Shown: piece after piece, positions 1 to 5,253 of the stretch | Position numbering within the stretch: position 1 is the stretch's first letter | Layout: each line of letters opens with the position of its first letter | DNA from: Zygophlyctis sp. KS116 | Lineage: Eukaryota > Fungi > Chytridiomycota | Assembly: GCA_054661495.1 (NCBI GenBank) | Contig: BAAFSQ010000490.1 | Coordinates: forward strand, 1 to 5,253 | Length of the DNA stretch: 5,253 nucleotides | Reading direction: 5' to 3' | Program-made: the position numbers and the translations under genes | Notes under the pieces: generated by a model | Told to the model about the DNA's origin: nothing | Database searches by the model: none | Seen by the model: the letters and a program-made list of their open reading frames with translations, nothing else

Positions 1-2020
1 AATCTGGTACAATCGAACAATTCGAGAGCTCTGCGATTTTGAAACGAGAGTTTAATCCTCTTCGTAGACGTAGAATGTAAGACTTGTTTTTAATTAGTAG
101 GATTCAATATCCCAACAACATACGTGATAAGACTCCAGTCCCAGCGCCACTACAGCACAGCATGCAAATTCTGCCTTTATCCCATATATTTCAACCTCGT
201 ACAATTGTTAATACTAGAATTGTGGTCATTGGGGCATCAGATACGGGTCTCTCGTTTTTGGAATCACTTGTATATTCTCCGTATCTGCACTTCACTGGTA
301 TCGTTTTGATTACAGATGATCACTTTCCTTCAACAGACAGATATAATGATTTTGTTTCTCATAGATCGTTTTCTCCTACAGCAATAAAGCAGGTGGCGCT
401 GGACCGATATGTTCAGATAGTCAGGGGCTCAGCTTACCGTATAGAAAGACAAAATAAGCAAATTATACTTTCAAATGAAAATACGATTCCTTACGATTAT
501 CTTTTCTTAACATGTGGCATTCAATTTCAGTCTAGCTCGATTAACTCCGACTTTTCGAATCTTTCAGGAGTAATGAATCTAAATATTCCAGAAAACCCAA
601 AGATTTTAGCTGCTGTCAATAGAATATTGAAAGAAGAGCGCCATATATCAAGCCAAATAGTATTGTAAGTTTTTATTTGTGTGATTGGAATCATAGATAT
701 GGGCAAGATTTACAAGTATACGTTACAACTCAAGGTATCCTTCTTTTTGACTTATATTGTAGTTTTACTCGATCTTGGGGTACCATCAAAACAAATTTGT
801 ATTGTAACTCCAGAATTCAAAGCTGGAAAATCTTGTTTTAATAATAGAGAAGTAGACTTAAAGGTAAAAATAGAAGAATAAAATTATTAGGTCCATTCGA
901 AAATCGCAGAACTTGGTATTACTTGTCATAGGGGATATAGAATTTATTTATGGGGCGAAAATGAAAAAAAATCAATCTCATCAGTCGTTCTTAAGCATTG
1001 TGAAAATGATTCAATGATAAAAATTGAAAACGTGAATCTTTTTCTTTATGGGGATGAAAAAACAGTTAATCCTGATACTTTCCGAGCCATTAATGACTCG
1101 TATTTAGTTTTTGATGGACGTTTAGTGATTGATAAATACTTTAGAACTCAGGATCCATTCATGTAATTTGATTGAAGCTTAAAATAGTTTTGGAGCTGGT
1201 AGCTTAACTAAATATGCAAGCAAATATCAAACAAAATGGTCACAAGGCTTGTATGACTCTGCTGAAACCGGTGAAAAGGTAAAATCATAGGTCTAAAATT
1301 CTAGTTAGCTCAGACTGTCCTCCCACTGTTTGATCCTACATTACCTAGCGAGACTCTAGATAATTCTTGTAAAATCCAAGAATTTAAGAATCCAAAACAG
1401 ACACAAGTAAATTTACCAGGAAATTTACATTATTTCCACTTTGATCGCCCACATTTACCCTCTTCCACAAAGGATTTCTGTTCAACACTTGAGTCATATG
1501 GCCGTGACTTGGTTATTAACAGACCAGATGGAAATTATTTTCGAGTAAATATTGATTCAAGTGGGTATTGTCGTTCCATTACCTATATTGGACATGAACA
1601 AGTCCCTGGCGATAATTATTCTAGTCTATATGGTATTCATGAAAAGTATTTAAATCGTTTAATTGCACGATTTGATGAAGGCATCATTACTGATTTTGCC
1701 AGGTAAGTATAATAATGGTAATTTACTAGTTTCTTTGCTCAATCTTGGGCTTTACCAATTTACAATGATAGATTTAAAAAATTGTTAACATCCTTAAATA
1801 AGGAGTTAGTTTCTTATCATAAGGAAACTGTACCTTTAGTTACATCAGACATTATTCATGCATTGGAAGATAAAAAGGTAAAATGATAATTTGATAATTA
1901 TAGAATCTTCATACCTTTAGAGATCTTTATCTAAAGTTTGATTTAAGTGATAAGCGCAGGGAATTTGATGCAGTATTATTTGACTTTTGTCGTGAAGCTG
2001 TCTTTGATAGTTTTCCTTGA
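1..2020 (+). CDS. CFAP61: Cilia- and flagella-associated protein 61 (CFAP61/FAP61/C20orf26), 5'-partial. Exons <1-76, 101-664, 697-734, 763-863, 891-1162, 1188-1278, 1305-1702, 1730-1877, 1904-2020 (TGA 2018-2020); 600 aa in window, reading from base 3
   Basis: Manual splicing at GT..AG gives one uninterrupted frame of 1803 nt. It carries motifs I recognise as CFAP61 in the expected order: RRRRMIQYP, VNTRIVVIGASDTGLSFLESL (Rossmann-like), [118 protein letters not shown]. Identification is from remembered family motifs, not a database search. Confidence 0.9.
77..100 (+). other. Spliceosomal intron, 24 nt, phase 2 (CFAP61 intron a); alternative acceptor at 97 would give 21 nt
   Basis: GTAAGA...TAGTAG. 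Removing it deletes the in-frame TAA at 78-80 and yields RRRR-M-IQYP. Confidence 0.8.
665..696 (+). other. Spliceosomal intron, 32 nt, phase 2 (CFAP61 intron b)
   Basis: GTAAGT...CATAG. Restores IV-L-YGQD. Confidence 0.88.
735..762 (+). other. Spliceosomal intron, 28 nt, phase 1 (CFAP61 intron c)
   Basis: GTATCC...TGTAG. Restores VTTQ-V-LLDLGV after a 38-nt exon. Confidence 0.85.
864..890 (+). other. Spliceosomal intron, 27 nt, phase 0 (CFAP61 intron d)
   Basis: AAG|GTAAAA...ATTAG. Contains in-frame TAA at 879-881; joins VDLK-VHSK. Confidence 0.87.
1163..1187 (+). other. Spliceosomal intron, 25 nt, phase 2 (CFAP61 intron e)
   Basis: GTAATT...AATAG. Restores the conserved [13 protein letters not shown]. 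Confidence 0.9.
1279..1304 (+). other. Spliceosomal intron, 26 nt, phase 0 (CFAP61 intron f)
   Basis: AAG|GTAAAA...TCTAG. Restores TGEK-LAQTVLPLFDPT. Confidence 0.88.
1703..1729 (+). other. Spliceosomal intron, 27 nt, phase 2 (CFAP61 intron g)
   Basis: AG|GTAAGT...ACTAG. Restores [12 protein letters not shown]. Confidence 0.9.
1878..1903 (+). other. Spliceosomal intron, 26 nt, phase 0 (CFAP61 intron h)
   Basis: AAG|GTAAAA...TATAG. Opens a 39-codon terminal exon ending in TGA at 2020. This region is less conserved, so the call is less certain. Confidence 0.75.
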
Positions 2021-2042
2021 CTGCACGCATAAGACTCTTTTA

Positions 2043-2048
2043 AATAAA
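2043..2048 (+). promoter_or_regulatory. Candidate polyadenylation signal (AATAAA) for CFAP61
   Basis: AATAAA 22 nt after the TGA stop. The AT-rich context makes a chance match possible. Confidence 0.4.
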
Positions 2049-2125
2049 AGAATCATGATTATTTCTGATTTAATCATAAAATCATGAATTTTAAGTGAAA
2101 ACGACTGAAAATCGCGTATTTTTTA

Positions 2126-3346
2126 ATGGGCAAATCGAATGGCTGGAAACAACAGCATCTCCCATACTTGACCTTCTTACTGACCCCAAAATGGACAATT
2201 ATAACAATGTCCATAATTTCACTCATTTGTCTCCCTCTAGGAATTTACTTTTTTATTGATAATAGCAGACTATCTGAATTTATAGTGGATTATTCCAATT
2301 GTGTGAATTCGGAGAGTTGGCAGAACTCATCGTCAAATCCCGATATACAATGGAAATACTCTAATAGCACAAAAAACTGTACTATTCGCTTTCCGATCAC
2401 TGAAAAATTACAAAATGTTCATCTTTATATCAGACTCAGCAACTTTTATCAAAATCATAGGCTCTATGTCACATCTTTGAATGCACCACAATTGCAAGGT
2501 TCCGTAATGCAGGCTTCAGATTTGGATTCTGCGTCAAGTAAAACGTCATGTTCGTGGTTAACTTATGCTAATTGTGAAACAGCGTCTAAATTTACTTGGA
2601 GTGAAGGGAATGGAATGACTTTTGCTGAAAATAATCCTGATTGTATGCCGCAAGTAGAAGATAGGGATGCTGTTATCAAGAATGCTGCTAGTGATGCTCA
2701 ATATTATCCATGTGGCCTGGTGGCAAATTCATTTTTTACAGGTATTTTTTAAAGATTTTTTATCCTAGATGAAATTTCTGATTTACGGTGTGTAACTGAA
2801 TTAAATGGTAATCCTTGTAATTTACAGAATTTTGTATTTTCTCAGAATAATATTGCATGGAAAGAAGATGAAAAACTTTATTCTAAAACTTCATGGGCTA
2901 CTGATTCAAATTTAGTCTCTTCAATTCCTACAAAATTGATTCCTCCACCTGCTTGGAGAGCAGCATGGCCTGAAAAATGGGGTAAAGGATATAATTCTAC
3001 TAATTTACCGGATCTAGGGGGATGGGAAAGATTTCATGTTTGGATGAGGAAGGCAGGATTACCCACTTTTAGGAAATTATGGGGGATTAATAGGGATGTA
3101 GAGTTGCAACCAAGCTACTGGGAAGTAAATATAACGTATACTTTTGATGTGTTACGGTTTCAAGGGACTAAGTCATTGGTTTTCGCTGAAATAGGCGCAC
3201 TAGGGATAAAAACTTCATTTATTCCAGTGTCTTTTCTGGTTTTGGGAGTAACAAGTGCATTTTTGGCTTTAGTTGTTTATGCATTTAAACTTAGGAAACT
3301 TGGAGATCATAGTTATTTGTCTTGGAATAAAGAAAAATCAGAATAG
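2126..3346 (+). CDS. CDC50: CDC50/LEM3-family P4-ATPase (phospholipid flippase) beta-subunit. Exons 2126-2741 and 2769-3346; 397 aa
   Basis: KQQHLP..LTP precedes TM1 (WTIITMSIISLICLPLGIYFFI). Also present: VDYSNC, VHLYIRLSNFYQNHRLYVTS...QLQG, YYPCGLVANSFFT|D (restored across the intron), NNIAW, PPPAW, ERFHVWMRKAGLPTFRKLW, FDVLRFQGTKSLV, TM2, and the fungal-type tail RKLGDHSYLSWN. Which paralog (CDC50, LEM3 or CRF1) it is cannot be resolved here. Confidence 0.93.
2742..2768 (+). other. Spliceosomal intron, 27 nt, phase 1 (CDC50)
   Basis: AG|GTATTT...CCTAG. Contains in-frame TAA at 2750-2752; restores PCGLVANSFFT-D-EIS. Confidence 0.92.
3326..3331 (+). promoter_or_regulatory. Candidate polyadenylation signal (AATAAA) for CDC50, inside the last codons (Asn-Lys)
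   Basis: AATAAA ends 12 nt before the TAG stop, and there is no intergenic space downstream. Confidence 0.3.
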
Positions 3347-3348
3347 AT

Positions 3349-3354
3349 TTTATT
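3349..3354 (-). promoter_or_regulatory. Candidate polyadenylation signal (AATAAA) for QNS1, overlapping its TAA stop
   Basis: The minus strand reads GAA TAA A, so AATAAA spans the stop codon. Confidence 0.35.
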
Positions 3355-5253
3355 CTTCATCAATTTCATCTTCTGTTTCATCATCAGCTTGATCATTTAT
3401 GTGGCTCTCAACGAGAGTGTCTATAGCCTTAAATTGAGTTACCCATGAAGAATTATAAAGTATTTGGCGAAGATCAAAACGATTATCGTCTGGACTATAT
3501 TGTGACATATGATAAGACGGGGGTAAAACGTTTGTCTTGTGACGGTTCTTTGAATAATGCACGAAAAAGGATTTGACCTTTTCAGAAATCTATATTATAA
3601 GCAATAAGTGATACCTGAGATGGAGATAAGAATGATCCCCAATGTGGGATTAAATAACGATACATGCTTATAGGCCCACAGCGATACACTTTTCTAAGTA
3701 ATCCGAATAGCGATAATTCTTTGTAAGTCATTCCCATATCTGCTTCGTCAGATTGTACATAAGTTGATGACCTTGGTTCTAACTCAGCAGTTGGCGGAGC
3801 AGCCAAGAATCTAAAAAATTAGAATTGAGATACTTACTCGTCTAAAAGCGGTAAATTCATTTGATCACGCATAAACTTTACAAACAACTGAAGGTCCAAT
3901 TTACTTACTCCACCAATAGGATTGATGTCTGCACTAGAACAATCATACTTGGTAAGATATCCACGTAGAGTTTCATCTACATTTCCACAACTCAAAACAA
4001 GCAATGAACCACTCCTATTTCTACAGAGTGGTACGAGTTGAGAAAAAAGGTAAGAAAGCACCATTCTTATTCTAGCTTGTAAATTCTGCAAAGCCAGATT
4101 TTCTTGACTAGTTCCTCCATACAATGTAAATCTTGGCGTGAGATTCGTAACAGAAACAAAAACGTTCAAAAAAGAGTCAACGATCGTATCAATATCACAA
4201 TCCACATGATAACTCCCAAGAGTATTTGCCAAACTGTTGGCCCTAGATCTTGTTTCTTTACTTGAATTTATCGAGCCCATGAAGCAAGTATGAAGAATTC
4301 GACTAAAAACATAACATTCTTTTTATATTTACCTACAAAGCTCACGTGGATCCAACGAGATGTAGTTTTCATCATTGCAAATTCTTTGAACATCTTTCAA
4401 AACCGACTCATTACCCGACTTTACCGCCTCGTGAACAAGTGAGCACATTGAGAATACAATCAGGGATACTGAACAAGAATCAATTCCTCCACTTAGTGGC
4501 AGAAAAAACCCAGTAGCGTTTGAGCGTCTCAAGTAATCCCAAAGCCAGCATGCTGGTCCTAATCTAATCTCTTCTTCACTTTTGTAATAATGAACCGATA
4601 TAGGCTGCGTAATTTGCGTAAAAACTTCCCAAGAATCGTCTTCATTACCAAATGAAAAATCTACATCTATTGGAGTTTTCCCCATGAAATCTACCGCCTG
4701 GTTTGATCTGCCAATCCTTGAACCTTGATAAGACCTGGTAGCATTTATATCAATATTAGCAACGACTACTTGAACTTTATCTAATGAAAACTGAGATCCT
4801 TGGGCTAAAAGATTCTCATTTGCCATAATAAGTGGACAACCATCGTAGTAGACACGCTCTCCATCACAGCCCAATAAGTTTGAATACATGTAAATCCCAC
4901 CATTTTTGCTTGCTCCAGAGATCAATTCTACCCTTTTCTGTAATTTCAAAAGTTCATGATGCGATGCAGATCCATTCAGAATTATATCAGTCCCCAAAAC
5001 AGCATGATAAATATTTGATGCAAATGGAGTAAAAAGCTCCTCGCAAGTTTCAAATCCTATTGTAATTCCATCAGATGTTCTTAATACTATATCTCCCATT
5101 GGAACAGTTGTTTGTTTTGTTAGTCTTTTAATTTTTGCTGGCAATGGAAAATCCACCACCACTCCTCTCTTCCAAGGTGTGAACCAGCGAGATTCACGAT
5201 AGTTTCCATCATTAGCAAGAGTGATTTTCGGTCTAATTCCTAATATTTTTCCA
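3350..5253 (-). CDS. QNS1: Glutamine-dependent NAD+ synthetase (QNS1/NADSYN1), 5'-partial. Exons (+ coordinates) 4333->5253, 3838-4302, 3615-3810, 3350-3589 (TAA at 3352-3350); 606 aa in window
   Basis: Nitrilase-fold glutaminase domain: [22 protein letters not shown] (catalytic Lys, YRE loop), ETCEELF (catalytic Cys), [11 protein letters not shown]. Synthetase domain: [24 protein letters not shown] (PP-loop), [77 protein letters not shown]. Three short introns join the ORF-track pieces in frame (1821 nt from 5252). Confidence 0.97.
3590..3614 (-). other. Spliceosomal intron, 25 nt, phase 0 (QNS1)
   Basis: Minus strand CAG|GTATCA...TATAG. Restores [13 protein letters not shown]. Confidence 0.92.
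3811..3837 (-). other. Spliceosomal intron, 27 nt, phase 2 (QNS1)
   Basis: Minus strand GTAAGT...CTAATTTTTTAG. Restores [16 protein letters not shown]. Confidence 0.92.
4303..4332 (-). other. Spliceosomal intron, 30 nt, phase 2 (QNS1)
   Basis: Minus strand AG|GTAAAT...TTTAG. Restores [16 protein letters not shown]. Confidence 0.92.

Noticed and set aside
124-309. 61-aa ORF in an alternate + frame
   Set aside because: It lies inside the CFAP61 exon 101-664 in another frame and has no recognisable motif, so it is a shadow ORF.
681-881. 66-aa ORF as an independent gene
   Set aside because: Only 763-863 is real CFAP61 coding sequence in this frame; the rest is intron or an out-of-frame exon.
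1279-1304. Internal AG|GT (1289-1292) suggesting recursive splicing as 12+14 nt
   Set aside because: The pieces are shorter than known spliceosomal introns, so a single 26-nt intron is the simpler reading.
861-1884. Three introns sharing AAG|GTAAAA as possible introner-like repeats
   Set aside because: The similarity is limited to the donor consensus in A-rich sequence. The intron bodies are unrelated, with no terminal inverted repeats or target-site duplications.
2808-2827. Possible 20-nt intron GTAATCC...TTACAG in CDC50
   Set aside because: The frame is open through it, removal would frameshift the conserved downstream region, and it ends in CAG unlike the supported introns.
3974-5000. 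Substitutions in QNS1 motifs (SHHELLK for SHHELRK, SCGNVDE for GSANVDE) as loss of function
   Set aside because: The catalytic Lys and Cys, the YRE loop, SGGIDS and other core motifs are intact, so this looks like ordinary divergence.
4832-5032. 66-aa + strand ORF
   Set aside because: It is antisense to the conserved QNS1 glutaminase domain and has no independent support.
1-5253. Pseudogenes, frameshifting, stop readthrough or TAA/TAG reassignment to explain the broken ORFs
   Set aside because: Every break coincides with a GT..AG segment whose removal restores the frame. Exons contain no in-frame stops, and TAA, TAG and TGA each end a gene.
1-5253. Functional cluster linking an NAD synthetase with the NAD/FAD-fold protein CFAP61 and a flippase subunit
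   Set aside because: These are three unrelated housekeeping or structural families. Adjacency in a compact eukaryotic genome is not evidence of a shared pathway without conserved synteny.

Overview
AT-rich, very compact eukaryotic genomic DNA in the standard code (the three genes end in TGA, TAG and TAA). It holds three intron-containing genes that the ORF track fragments. (1) The 3' ~600 codons of the axonemal gene CFAP61 (+, <1..2020, 8 introns). (2) A complete CDC50/LEM3-family flippase beta-subunit (+, 2126..3346, 1 intron, 397 aa). (3) The 3' ~606 codons of glutamine-dependent NAD+ synthetase QNS1/NADSYN1 (-, 3350..>5253, 3 introns). A flagellar gene next to fungal-type CDC50/QNS1 suggests a zoosporic fungus (chytrid or relative; inference). 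The genes are known families, and I see no new gene system, mobile element or RNA gene. The unusual part is the architecture. All 12 inferred introns are only 24-32 nt (mean 27), all read GTA(A/T)...TAG, and none has a conserved CTAAC branch box. All six 3n-length introns carry an in-frame stop. The convergent CDC50 and QNS1 stop codons are 3 bp apart, with AATAAA hexamers in or on the coding ends.
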